The notes: generated by a model from the letters alone, not told the origin. A DNA stretch of 63,472 bases, filler included, from Octopus bimaculoides (GCF_001194135.2; 6 parts of 6 records of this genome joined end to end with filler, not necessarily neighbours in it); one strand, 5' to 3'; counted from the whole stretch's first letter, positions 1 to 11,865 are shown. Numbers and translations: made by a program.

Positions 1-36
<36 letters not shown>

Positions 37-219
37 CATACATACGTATGTGTGTGTATGTGTGTGTGTGTATGCGTGTGTCTGTGTCCCCCACCACTGC
101 TTGACAACTGGAGGTGGTGTATTTGCGTCGCCGTAACAATGGGGTTCGGCAAGAGACCTGTTGTGTATGTAGTTAAAAAACAAGATAATGTATATACATA
201 CATACATACATACATACAG

Positions 220-260
<41 letters not shown>
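1..260. repeat. (TG)n, (TACA)n and (CA)n microsatellites around a 3' fragment of SINE family 1
   Basis: Dinucleotide/tetranucleotide runs; 88-160 resembles the CGCTTGACAAC...GGTGTGTTTACGTCCCCGTAAC segment of the SINE copies at 34570-34660 and 59940-60050. Confidence 0.75.
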
Positions 261-263
<3 letters not shown>

Positions 264-1308
264 AGGTGAGCACATAAGAGGAGAACAATGTGCAAAAAAC
301 AGTACTCGAATACGAAAGGTAGCAGAATATGCTTTTTATGACAACACCCGTCTCGCGATCCCGCTTCAGTATTGATCAATTATTATTAATTAACTAATTA
401 GTGATTTTCTGGATTTTACTCCCAGTTAAGGAAGATTTCATTTGTATCTTACCAGAATATTTATATTTATGCAAAAATTATTCTTAATCTTCAATCCCCT
501 CACTAACACATAACTAGTGACCGCTATGTTTTGAAAACGAACCGCCAAATCAAATTTAGATTTATCTAAATTATACTACATGTATCAAAGCCATGTTAAT
601 TCAGGTTTCCTTCGCAAGTGTCTGACGAACAGAACGTGAAACTCTGGGAATTAGACCTCTGATAATTTTGCATCAAAAATGCTCGTTCTAAAATCTCTCT
701 AAGCGTTCAACGCAATAGTTGTACTAGAAAAGTAATGTTCATAGCCACTTCAACATTGCTATCCGTTCGAACGGACATTATTGTGAATTTTCTAACCCCA
801 AGAAGATATCTCCTCTAACTTGCTAACGATGCACAGCTGCATTCTTGCAAGCAGGGGAGAGAGCCCCTAACATCGGCATGTATATATATAAGAGGAGAGA
901 CCACTAATTCGATCCCTTGTATGCTACAAATAGACGTCAAACCGTCCTACCACTAAATATGTTCTTAAATTAGCAAGACGCTAGAATTTTATGTGCTAGA
1001 AAAATGAAAAAGAAATAAACATAGCACTTCTATACTTTAAGGTTTCGCTATAAACAATTAAATTATTTTCTGTGGTTTCTCAGTGAAATTGACATAGTGA
1101 GGATAGGTCTGTATAGAGTTCCACTACCATGTGTCGCAACTTCGATTCAAACAGCCTCGTACTAGCGCGCTAAGCCAGAAAATAACTGCAGTGAATAAAA
1201 TTCAGCAGTGAACCCCACCACACATACACACATATATATGCATATATAAGTATACATATATACGTATATATATTTACATATATATACATACATATAAACA
1301 CACACACA

Positions 1309-1378
<70 letters not shown>

Positions 1379-1749
1379 NNNNNNNNNNNNNNNNNNNNNN
1401 NNNNNNNNNNNNNNNNNNNNNNNNNNNNNNNNNNNNNNNNNNNNNNNNNNNNNNNNNNNNNNNNNNNNNNNNNNNNNNNNNNNNNNNNNNNNNNNNNNNN
1501 NNNNNNNNNNNNNNNNNNNNNNNNNNNNNNNNNNNNNNNNNNNNNNNNNNNNNNNNNNNNNNNNNNNNNNNNNNNNNNNNNNNNNNNNNNNNNNNNNNNN
1601 NNNNNNNNNNNNNNNNNNNNNNNNNNNNNNNNNNNNNNNNNNNNNNNNNNNNNNNNNNNNNNNNNNNNNNNNNNNNNNNNNNNNNNNNNNNNNNNNNNNN
1701 NNNNNNNNNNNNNNNNNNNNNNNNNNNNNNNNNNNNNNNNNNNNNNNNN

Positions 1750-1811
1750 TTCTTCTTCTTCTTCTTCTTCTTCTTCTTCTTCTTCTTCTTCTTCTTCTTC
1801 TTCTTCTTCTT

Positions 1812-1841
<30 letters not shown>
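1750..1841. repeat. (TTC)n microsatellite
   Basis: Pure TTC run next to an N gap. Confidence 0.95.
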
Positions 1842-1842
<1 letters not shown>

Positions 1843-2016
1843 GCGGTATTTCACCCCGTCGCTACGTTCTTCGTTGAAATTCCACCGAGGTCGACTTTGC
1901 GTTTCATCCGTTTGGAGAAGGGGTGTATAAATTAAGTGGCAGTGAAACACTGGTGTCGATGTAATCGACTTATCCCCTCCCATAAAATGGCTGCCCTAGT
2001 GGCGAAATTTGAAACC
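1842..2016 (+). mobile_element. SINE family 2 (tRNA-like head), 5'-truncated
   Basis: Shares GAGGTCGACTTT..TTTCATCC..GATGTAATCGACTTA..AAATTTGAAACCATTATT with copies at 12959-13170 and (minus) 23248-23425, 26250-26461, 35940-36163; ends in (ATT)n. Confidence 0.8.
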
Positions 2017-2020
2017 ATTA

Positions 2021-2051
<31 letters not shown>

Positions 2052-2349
2052 TATTATTATTATTGTTGTTGTTGTACTGAGAAAAGCAAATTGTAGGCGC
2101 CTCAATATTGCTATGAAAGCACACATGTTATAACATAAACGCTATGGCAAATCTCGGTATTATCCACAAATAAAACAACTACGCACTTGAAATATCTTTC
2201 TTAAGGGTTAACTTAATATCAACACTATTTTAAAATCAATAAAATCGCACACAATCAACAAAAGCCTATACAAATACTTGATACACCTACAGCATACTGA
2301 ACTGAGTAATGTTTTGCCAAGAAAGCTGACAGTAAAACTAACCGGAACG

Positions 2350-2350
<1 letters not shown>

Positions 2351-2428
<78 letters not shown>

Positions 2429-2520
2429 AAGAAGAAGAAGAAGAAGAAGAAGAAGAAGAAGAAGAAGAAGAAGAAGAAGAAGAAGAAGCGGAGGAGGAGG
2501 AGGAGGAGGAGGTGGAGGAG
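2351..2520. repeat. Compound (AAT)n-(GAA)n-(GGA)n microsatellite
   Basis: Directly visible. Confidence 0.95.
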
Positions 2521-2989
2521 GAGATCAGCAGTAGCTACACCAGCAACAAGAATAATAACACCAACAGTAGAAACAGCAACAACGAATATAATTGCGTCAA
2601 GAATATCATTAACTAAAAGAAAGCGAACAAGAAAAATGCTTAAATGTCAAATTTGCTAATTTACTTTTGGTATAAAAGTTTCTAGATTTGATTTTCACCA
2701 ATGAGAAATCAGATTATTCTAAGAAATCCTCGCGGATATAAAATCTTCTTGAGAGAAAGAATAATACAACATTAAAAAAAAAAACTTGAAGAAAACAAAA
2801 GAAAAGAAAGAATGAAAGAGAGAAAGAAAGAAAAATTAAAGAAAGAAAGAAAGAAAAGAAACAAAAATATATTGTATTTTAATTACGAAGCGAAAACCAC
2901 GTTTTGAATGGAACGAAACAAACAACATTGGATGTAGTGAATTTGTTTGTGAAAAATTACTTGCGTGTATGTATGTTCTGTGTCTGTTT

Positions 2990-4405
2990 TTAATTTAAAG
3001 TAAACCTTGACCAGCCACCTACTTGGTAGCAAGGTAGTGAAGGGACGTATCTTGTTTTAACCATCATCCTTCGAAATTTAAGAAGAGCTTGCAGATTTGT
3101 GCAGTCCCAGAAATGGTGATCATTTGTAGTATATATATATTGATAGGAAGGACAACAAAAGAAAGAAAGAGACCTCAATATTATGTAAATAGAGGAATTT
3201 ATCTGTAAGAATATGTGACACTTATTCGGTGGCCATGATAAAACTCCGTGTTCCGGATGCCGGGGTGGGAGCCCAACCCAACATCTCTTCAGTTATCCGG
3301 CCAGGTAGTTTCAATGGCCGGATAACTGAAGAGATGTCGGCGTGGGCTCCCACCCCGGCATTCAAAACTCGGAGTTTTATCATGGCTACCGAATAAGTGT
3401 CACATATTTTTACATATATATATATATATATTAAGGATTTGCATTCTCTCTCCAAGATCCCAATAATAATAGGTATGAAACTAAAAGTGTATCTTTAGTT
3501 CTAGATTTGCAAACCACTTATCTGAATGGTCCATAAGTCTGTTTCTCTTGAAATTTTCTAACAACCATATTTGTATAAAGAGGGCAGCTGTCTTCCACTA
3601 CAGAACATAGCTTTCCCACACAACGCTATTTGTCCGGTTGTGTCTTAACTTGGTGACTGTTTTAATTTTTAAGTTCCACTAATATCTTTTTGACGCGTCG
3701 GTCTCGACATCATCAATTTGGTTTGTAGTTATGTTCGCTTTCTTTTTCTTTATCCTGTCCTAGGGTATTCCGGCTACTGTGTTATGCCTCATGGGAAGAT
3801 AGTATTTGGAAGACACTCTCTCACAGTTTGCAAAAATGTGGTTGATGTCTTTAGTAGTGGTCTTGCAAAGCCTATATCTGTTGTCTGTCAAGGATATCTG
3901 CTTTTTTTATGTTGTAGGTCTTTTTTATGAATCAGTAGTTCTTGGATTGCATGGATGAAACCTACAAAATGTGATGTCATAAACTTTTCGGTACTCTATA
4001 CCAAGCTTTTGCCATGATCAGTCCCTGCTATGGTTTAGATTTTAAGTGCATGTACCCATGGAGTATGTTCCCATGAGACTATGTTCTCAGTGAATTGTTT
4101 TTTTGTTCTGGTAAATACATTTCCAAAATCCTCCTTGGGAAGAGACCTGTATCAGCCCTTATTTCATCCCTCTCCTCAATTTTATTAGCTATCGTAATTA
4201 TATTGTTGGTTTCGTGGTCATAGACAAGGGCAAGCTAGTTTCTGATCTCTTACTTTTGCTGCAGATGTTGTTTCTGTGTCACAACCTGTGCTTCATATGA
4301 TATCAATACAGATTTGAGACCACGGCCACCAAACTTCCGTGAGAAGTATAGCCTGTCTACATTTTCATTCATCCTGAAGTTCTCTGTAACACAGAGCAGT
4401 TTATC
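2990..4405 (-). mobile_element. Decayed 3' part of an RLE-type non-LTR retrotransposon (R4/Dong-like), interrupted by the element at 3131-3430
   Basis: Minus-strand translation in order, with stops/frameshifts: [15 protein letters not shown] (post-RT motif); TEKFMTSHFVGFIHAIQE; DNRYRLCKTTTKDINHIFANCERVSSKYYLPMRHNTVA (CCHC knuckle + RH); KLRHNRTNSVVWE...VEDSCPLYTN..QEKQTY (restriction-like endonuclease); IPIIIGIL; after the insertion, LQMITISGTAQICK. Confidence 0.8.
3131..3430. mobile_element. Foldback element with two inverted hammerhead-like motifs (Penelope-like/retrozyme derivative), copy 1
   Basis: Arms ~3204-3303 and ~3315-3414 are near-perfect inverted repeats around an 11-nt loop; each arm has GATAA-CTGAAGA-stem-G/AAA-stem-TTATC; flanked by (TA)n; sibling at 8090-8320. 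Confidence 0.7.
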
Positions 4406-4503
4406 CATCCATCCATCCATCCATCCATCCATCCATCCATCCATCCATCCATCCATCTATCTATCTATCTATCTATCTATCTATATATATATATATATAT
4501 ATA
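4403..4503. repeat. (ATCC)n-(ATCT)n-(AT)n compound microsatellite
   Basis: Directly visible; source of the MDGWMDGW and HPSIHPSI pseudo-ORFs. Confidence 0.95.
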
Positions 4504-4857
4504 NNNNNNNNNNNNNNNNNNNNNNNNNNNNNNNNNNNNNNNNNNNNNNNNNNNNNNNNNNNNNNNNNNNNNNNNNNNNNNNNNNNNNNNNNNNNNNNNN
4601 NNNNNNNNNNNNNNNNNNNNNNNNNNNNNNNNNNNNNNNNNNNNNNNNNNNNNNNNNNNNNNNNNNNNNNNNNNNNNNNNNNNNNNNNNNNNNNNNNNNN
4701 NNNNNNNNNNNNNNNNNNNNNNNNNNNNNNNNNNNNNNNNNNNNNNNNNNNNNNNNNNNNNNNNNNNNNNNNNNNNNNNNNNNNNNNNNNNNNNNNNNNN
4801 NNNNNNNNNNNNNNNNNNNNNNNNNNNNNNNNNNNNNNNNNNNNNNNNNNNNNNNNN

Positions 4858-4917
<60 letters not shown>

Positions 4918-5115
4918 CATATGATGTGTATCTATGTATATTTATATTTGTATTTATATGTATGTATGCATACATATATGTATGGGTGGTGATTAATGGA
5001 GACAGAAAGAATGAAATAAATGTATGTGGTAATCAATGAAAATTATTAATATAAAATTATTGATATATAATAAATACATATCACATATGCCACTGTGTGT
5101 ATGATTACAAAAGTG

Positions 5116-5171
<56 letters not shown>

Positions 5172-6625
5172 AGAGAGCGAGTATGTGTGTAGAGACTGTG
5201 AGAGTGAAAGAGAAGAGAGATTTGGAGGAAGAGTGAGAGGGAAAGATAAAAATACACAGCAGAAGGTGAAGAGAAGTATGACATTATTTGATCAATGAAA
5301 ATACAAGCAAGATGTAGTTGGCATAGCAGTAAACTCTAAAATAAAATTGAATATAAAACAGAAATTAACAAATAAAAAAAAGAAAAGGCTGTAAAAACAA
5401 GTTGGTAATAGAAAGAAATAAAAGTGGGAATGAAGAAAGACGAAAAAATAGATTGAAAACACGTGAGATAAAATTTAGGTAAACGTTATAGGAATTAGTG
5501 TTTAGAAAGAGAAAACAACTGTAACTTTAGAAGCATTAAATTTTCCGATTTTCTTGCGAAATAAGTACTTGATAAAATGTCTGACATAAAGCGTTTCCAT
5601 GTTTCTCTGTGGCATTTACAACAATTTTCTTAGAAATCAATGAAGAACTACACAAGTTTTAAACAATTTGTTTTCAAATTGGCTTTTACAAGTCAAGTTA
5701 CATTAACAAGGCGTCTGAGTGGAAGAAATTTTGATGTAACGTGTCCATGATTTGACTTGTTAAATTAGTAAGCATAGGTAATATCCAAGGTCTATATACA
5801 TACATACCACTTAACTAAAATTACCCGAGGCAACGCTGGGAAAAGCAAACTCACTTTATTTGTTTATTTTTTCACTTCAAATCTTGTATGAAAGTATAAA
5901 TCCACATGTTGATATATACGTGGAAACCAGGTTAATTTAACTATGTGATTTAGTATTTGATAACCCTAAGTACTTGAATAACTACTCGATGTATCTAACA
6001 TACCAAAGTTATTTGCATTTAAAGAAATTCTTGTGACCTGATTTGATAAAACAAATAATATATTTAGTTCTGCGTTCAGTGCAGCATATCCCAAAACTTC
6101 CATCGATGTATTCTGATTAGTTTGCTGACAGCAGGATCTGCCAAGGGTTTTTTGAATCCAGGATACTTGTTTCTCAGCTCCATTTCAAATACTACGAGTT
6201 ATAACAGTTTTACGTAACGTTTTAATTTCATTTCATCAATGTTAATAATAGAATTTATTTTAGTGACAGAATTCAACTGTCAGCCGGTTGAACCTCACCA
6301 AATTGTCGTTTAGCCCAGTCCACTCAGTTCTAAATATTAGAATTAAGTCACGAGTTAAATAACCTATTATAAGTAAGTAATGCATTGCATCGAGAGTAAG
6401 CAGTAAAAATAGAAGCAATTTCTTCCGAAATTGCTGAATAAGTAATCCCTAACGTTGAAAAAATATTTGTTGAAAGGTGAGGTAAAAATTGCTGTCCTCC
6501 TAAACAACAAAATGCAACTATAAGTAAAATTTGAGAAAGGTGATTAGTCTTCAAATGAAAAGCATTACCAATTACAAACGAACTAATTGCAATTAATGAA
6601 CAAACGTTACATAAATGGCTGCATA

Positions 6626-7077
6626 CTCTTTTACTTGTTTCAGTCATTTGACAGCGGCTATGCTGGAGTACCGCCTTTAGTCGAGCAAATCGACGCCAAG
6701 ACTTATTCTTTGGATGCCTAGTACTTATTCTATCGGTCTCTTTTGCCGAACCGCTAAGTTACGGGGACATAAACACACCAGCATCGATTGTCAAGCGATG
6801 TTAGGGGGACAAACACAGATACACAAACATACACACACACACACACACACACACANNNNNNNNNNNNNNNNNNNNNNNNNNNNNNATATATATATATATA
6901 TATACATATATGCAACGGGCTTCTTTCAGTTTCCGTCCACCAAATTCACTCACAAGGCTTTGTTCGGCCCGACGTTATAGTAGAAGACACTTGCCCAAGG
7001 TGCCACGTAGTGGGAATGAACCCGGAATCATGTGGTTGGTAAGCAAGCTACTTATCACACAGCCACTCCTGCGCCTA
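6626..7077 (-). mobile_element. SINE family 1, near full length (tRNA-like head, internal microsatellite)
   Basis: Minus strand starts TAGGCGCAGGAGTGGCTGTG..ATGATTCCGGGTTCATTCCCACT (A/B-box-like); body shared with about ten other copies in the window. Confidence 0.85.
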
Positions 7078-7329
7078 TATTTAATGAATAAATGATCATT
7101 AAAAAAGAAAATCGGCCATGGATATAAGATTAAGAAGTTCGCTTCGCAGCCATATGATTCGTCTGAGTAAGAAAATTTTGTCTGAGTAAGAAAATTTTAC
7201 TGAACTGTCTTCAACTGTAGCTACATGTTGACCAATGACTAAGTGGGATTCTGCAGGAGGTCATTGTACAGAAGTATGTTTCAGATATATCTGTATTTGT
7301 TGGCTGTGTGTATCACTGTGCAAGCATGA

Positions 7330-7590
7330 TTTGCTTGCTTGCTGATTCATGATGCTGCTTGATGAGGCTGGGGTTAGCCCAGATTAGTGGCCCCGGCGAC
7401 GTAATCATTCGTCTCCGGGGCCACTATTGCTCTCCTTTGATGGCGGTCCCGCGGTATCCCCTCTGCATCCTGTTAGGTGACGTTGAACCCAATCACGCCG
7501 AGCCATCTGATGCGGGGCCTTACACAAGGCCTCTTCCAATCTAAAGCTACTGCGTCATCCTACAAGCGCGTTTCTCCCATTCGCCGCAGC
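7330..7590 (-). mobile_element. RTE-clade LINE 3' terminal fragment
   Basis: Minus frame RRMGETRL*DDAVALDWKRPCVRPRIRWLG..QDAEGIPRDRHQRRAIVA matches the RTE C-terminal WKRPxGRPxxRW pattern; GC hairpin 7385-7426; (CAAG)-like tail. Confidence 0.65.
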
Positions 7591-7924
7591 ATACATATGT
7601 GTGTGCATATATTTCTTTTACGATGTATCCATGAGGTGAAAGAAAACAATGTGAATATATTAGAGAATAGGAAATAGGCGACGATTACACCATATATAAA
7701 AACGGGAAACCTTTTGCGAAACAGACCAGAATTCTATCAACAGCTAAAGAAAAGTACTTCAGATAGCAAGAAAGATGTTTGTAATTTTACTTGAGACAAT
7801 AACACTAGCCACATTATTTTTGTACAATCATTGCACTCATCGAATAATAAACAACATGCTATATCTCAATAATCGATGTGGCTATATCCTTGTATCGGCC
7901 CCTTTGTTATCCTGTCTAGCAACC

Positions 7925-8072
7925 GTAGTGCTGGCTGCGTTTTAAGAAGCTTGCTTACCAACCACATGGTTACCGTTCGGTCCCCTTGGGCAAGTGTCTT
8001 CTACTATAACCTCGGGCCTGTCAAACCCTTGTGAGTGAATTTGGTATACAGAAACCCAAAGAAATTAGGTCA
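7925..8072 (+). mobile_element. SINE family 1, 5' half
   Basis: GGCTGCG..AAGAAGCTTGCTTACCAACCACATGG..TTGGGCAAGTGTCTTCTACTATA matches the other copies. Confidence 0.8.
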
Positions 8073-8089
8073 TATATATATATATATAT

Positions 8090-8312
8090 ATTGATAGAAA
8101 GGACAACAAAAGAAAGAAAGAGACTTCGATATTATGTAAATAGAGGAATTTATCTGTAAAAATACGTGACACTTATTTGGTAGCCATAATAAAACTCCGA
8201 GTTTCGGATGCCTAAGTGGGAACCCACGCCAACATCTCTTCAGTTATCCGGCCATCCGAATCTCGGAGTTTTATCATGGCTACCGAATAAGTGTCACATA
8301 TTTTTACAAATA

Positions 8313-8320
<8 letters not shown>
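8090..8320 (-). mobile_element. Foldback hammerhead element, copy 2 (centre deleted)
   Basis: Same 5' extension (TGATAG.AAGGACAACAAAAGAAAGAAAGAGAC) and arms as 3131-3430; most of the right arm is lost. Confidence 0.75.
8188..8248 (-). ncRNA. Candidate type-I hammerhead ribozyme with intact core
   Basis: Minus strand: GATAA (stem I) CTGAAGA GATGTTGG..TAGGCATC-C (stem II) GAAA CT-CGG-AG-T (stem III) T | TTATT (stem I'). Activity untested. Confidence 0.6.
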
Positions 8321-8348
<28 letters not shown>

Positions 8349-8401
8349 CACACATATNNNNNNNNNNNNNNNNNNNNNNNNNNNNNNNNNNNNNNNNNNN
8401 N

Positions 8402-8413
8402 TTAATTAATTAA
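8402..8413. other. Artificial assembly linker TTAATTAATTAA inside 44+44 N (also 21745-21756, 42868-42879, 48151-48162, 62277-62288)
   Basis: Identical 12-mer with stops in all six frames, centred in exactly 100-bp gaps, five times. Confidence 0.9.
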
Positions 8414-8457
8414 NNNNNNNNNNNNNNNNNNNNNNNNNNNNNNNNNNNNNNNNNNNN

Positions 8458-11400
8458 AGCCAAAGCTTGTTTGAGTTGGTCTTTAAAACGGAATTTCGGT
8501 CATCCTTTGCGTCTTATTCCGATTGCAAGTTCTCCGTAGAGCATGATCCTTGGGAGACGAGAGGACTCCATACGCTGGATGTGACCTGCCCAGCGGAGAC
8601 GATGGCGTAGAATGGTGGCTTTGACACTTGGTAGTGAGGCGAGGCGAAGAACCTCGTTGATGGTAACGTGATCTTCCCATTGTATGTTGAGGATTTATCG
8701 TAGCTTCGATTGCTGGAAGCATTCAAGGCGCTTGAAGTCACGGCTGTACAACGTCCAAGTCTCACAAGCGTAGAGTAGAGTTGACAGGACAATGGCACGA
8801 AAGATCATGATCTTTGTCCGGATGGTCAGCGCATGATTGAAGAATACACGTTGGCTGAGATTCCCGAAGGCGGAGTGGGCAGCCCCAATCCGGTTCTCCA
8901 CGTCTTTTTCACACGTAGGGTCTTCGAAAGGATACTTCCAAAGTATGTGAAGTGTTCAACTTCTAGGAGTTGGCTGTTGATGCTAATGTTTGAGGATGGA
9001 CTGTTCTGGCCTGGTGCAGGTTGGATCAGTGTCTTGGTCCTTAATGTGTTTACCTGCATCCCGAAGCGTTCGTAAGCCGCGTTGTAAAGATCGCCCGTCC
9101 TTTGTAGGCCATCTGCGGTCCGGCTTGGTGTGGCATTGTCGTCGGCATACTGCATCTCACGGACTGAGATAGCGGAGGTCCTCGTCTTTGCACGGAGGCG
9201 TGCGAGATTGAAAAGTCCGTCATCCAAGCGATATCGCATGTTGATGGAAGGCGAGTCTAGTGGGATTTCGTTGAACACGGCGGCTATGTNNNNNNNNNNN
9301 NNNNNNNNNNNNNNNNNNNNNNNNNNNNNNNNNNNNNNNNNNNNNNNNNNNNNNNNNNNNNNNNNNNNNNNNNNNNNNNNNNNNNNNNNNNNNNNNNNNN
9401 NNNNNNNNNNNNNNNNNNNNNNNNNNNNNNNNNNNNNNNNNNNNNNNNNNNNNNNNNNNNNNNNNNNNNNNNNNNNNNNNNNNNNNNNNNNNNNNNNNNN
9501 NNNNNNNNNNNNNNNNNNNNNNNNNNNNNNNNNNNNNNNNNNNNNNNNNNNNNNNNNNNNNNNNNNNNNNNNNNNNNNNNNNNNNNNNNNNNNNNNNNNN
9601 NNNNNNNNNNNNNNNNNNNNNNNNNNNNNNNNNNNNNNNNNNNNNNNNNNNNNNNNNNNNNNNNNNNNNNNNNNNNNNNNNNNNNNNNNNNNNNNNNNNN
9701 NNNNNNNNNNNNNNNNNNNNNNNNNNNNNNNNNNNNNNNNNNNNNNNNNNNNNNNNNNNNNNNNNNNNNNNNNNNNNNNNNNNNNNNNNNNNNNNNNNNN
9801 NNNNNNNNNNNNNNNNNNNNNNNNNNCTTCCTTTCCCAGATCTTTAGAATAAGAAGCATCAGGTGATTTCTCAGCTCAGCACCTCCGTGCGTGAAAATCT
9901 CAAACGAGATGTTGTCTGGTCCTGGAGCTTTCCCCGGCTTCACGCGCGCAAGTGCCTCATGGTGTGAGGGCTGCAGGGACATCCAATGGCGGATGGGGAG
10001 CTGTGGGGTGTTTTGGAGGAGAACGTCAGGAGTGCGTGAGTGGTCGTTAAGTAGGCACTGGAAATGGGACTGCCAGCGATCGAGGATTCCCTGGCTGTCG
10101 GTTATCGTAAAGCCAGCTGCGTCCTTCAGGTCGCCCACTGATGACCTTGTGGGGCCGAAGATCTCCTTGGTTGCGACATAAAAGCTGCGCAAGTCTCGTT
10201 GGTTCGCATAGTTTTGCATCTCCTCTGCTTTCCTCTGCCACCAGATGTTCAGAGCTTCTCGAATTCCTCGCTGGCATTCTGCTGATGCATGCTAGTGTTT
10301 TCATTTGTTCTCCGCAGTGGAATGGTTCTCGAGAGCTAGGCGCGTCCGGAGTTTGGCTTCGATAAGACGGGAGATGGTTTCATCATTCTCTTGGTCCTTC
10401 TTCTGAGCAAAGCCGATCGTCTCCTCGGCGGCAGCGATCATGGCTTCACGAAGGCCGCTCCAGCGATCCTCAATGGAGGTTGGCTCTGGGAGGTTCATCA
10501 TATGTATCTCAATGGATTCTCTGAAGTCTTGGGATGCCTGTGAGTTCTGGAGTTTGGCGCAGTCAAAGCATCGGCAACGGATGTTTGCTGAGACCCGCTT
10601 TGGTGAGCAGCGGATCTTGATGTCAAGGCGAGAAATAAGAAGGCTGTGATCCGTCCAGCAGTCATCTGCACCAGGTATGGAGCGAGTGATGCGTACATCT
10701 CGTCTGTCCCTGGATCTTGTCAGAACGTAGTCGAGGATGTGCCAGTGTTTAGACCGTGGGTGTTTCCAGGTTGTTTTTTGTCGAGTAGGGAGACGAAATA
10801 GGGAGTTGCTGATGACAAGTTCATGTTCGGCGCAAAGGCCCAGGAGGAGCTGGCCATTGGCATTGCATTTCCCAATGACGTGATGGCCAAGAATGCCATT
10901 CCACAGACAATGATCACTGCCGACACTGCCGTTAAAGTCCCCCAACACGACGAGTTTGTCCTGCGCGGGGACTATCCGGATAGTACGGTCCAACAGGTTG
11001 TAGAACGAAGCCTTGACGTCGTCTTCAGATGTGAGGGTAGGGGCATACACAGAGATCAGCGTAAGGAATCTGTCCCGAATGAATGGGATCCAAACAGTCA
11101 TCAGGCGCTCATTGACGGCAGTTGGGACGAGTCTGTGTTGGTCCACGAGTTGCGTTTTGATGGCAAGGCCAACTCCATGGATGCGTGGTTCATTAGGATT
11201 CTTCTCCTTCCAAAAGATGGTGTATATGGAGCCATCTTCTCTGATGCTGCCTTCTCCGGGAAGCCTAGTCTCGCTTAAGGCTGCCACGTCGATGTTAAAG
11301 CGGGAAAGTTCCTTGCAGACGAGGGCTGTACGTCGCTCTGGTCGATTAATGTCACTCTTGTCCTGGAGAGTGCGGATGTTCTAGGCCCCGAAGGTGAGAG

Positions 11401-11650
11401 GTTGTGAAACAGGATTTAGTAGTGTTCCGACCGCTAAGTGGGAGATCCGCCAGCTGCGGTATGCTGGCTAGATCGAGTTGCCGTGTCCGATGTTTACCCC
11501 ACTTTTTCTGCGGTAATCCTAAAGAGGCCAGCCAGTCACGAGTCTAGCTGCCGAATTCCAATGCCACGGCTATTCATTGGAGAGCAACCATCTGAGATTC
11601 GTCGCCAATGTGTGGTCACGGACTAGAGGCTCCCAGCTTTCCAGGAAGGA
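8458..11650 (-). mobile_element. RTE-clade (BovB/RTE-1-like) LINE, near full length, frameshifted
   Basis: APE motifs (*NIRTL..RPERRTALV..NIDVAALSET; ISVYAPT; LGDFN; TTWKHPRSKHWHILDYVL), RT motifs (KAPGPD, YADD, FTYFGS) and LLYACETW..LRWAGHIQRM; 5' UTR to ~11650; internal gap 9290-9826; 3' end cut by a linker. Confidence 0.93.
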
Positions 11651-11747
11651 GCCTTATATCTAGGTTAGAAGCCGGCTGTTTCTCTATTGGCAAGAAATCT
11701 TGAAATAAAACTGAACAATGACATACATGCATACATACATACATACA

Positions 11748-11778
<31 letters not shown>

Positions 11779-11865
11779 GTATGAGAGTGTGATTGCGACA
11801 GTTGACACCTCACATTGAATATGCAGATGCAAGCTGCCAGCTGTAACGATCATAAATTATTCTTC

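Noticed and set aside
173-379. Hydrophobic 68-aa minus ORF, and a CTGAAG..GAGAC..GTT hammerhead-like string at ~325-372
   Set aside because: The ORF ends in a microsatellite and has no recognisable family; the hammerhead core has two defects and no stem I pairing.
7575-7585. GGCGAATGGGA on the minus strand, identical to the HDV ribozyme 3' end
   Set aside because: It lies in the RTE coding frame (RRMGE) and the upstream P1-P3 elements are absent.
11440-11700. Possible HDV-like ribozyme in the RTE 5' UTR (TTGCCAAT/ATTGGCGA and GGCTCC/GGAGCC pairings on the minus strand)
   Set aside because: Such ribozymes are known in RTE 5' UTRs, but I could not assemble P2, P3/L3 and J4/2 by eye; needs a covariance-model search.
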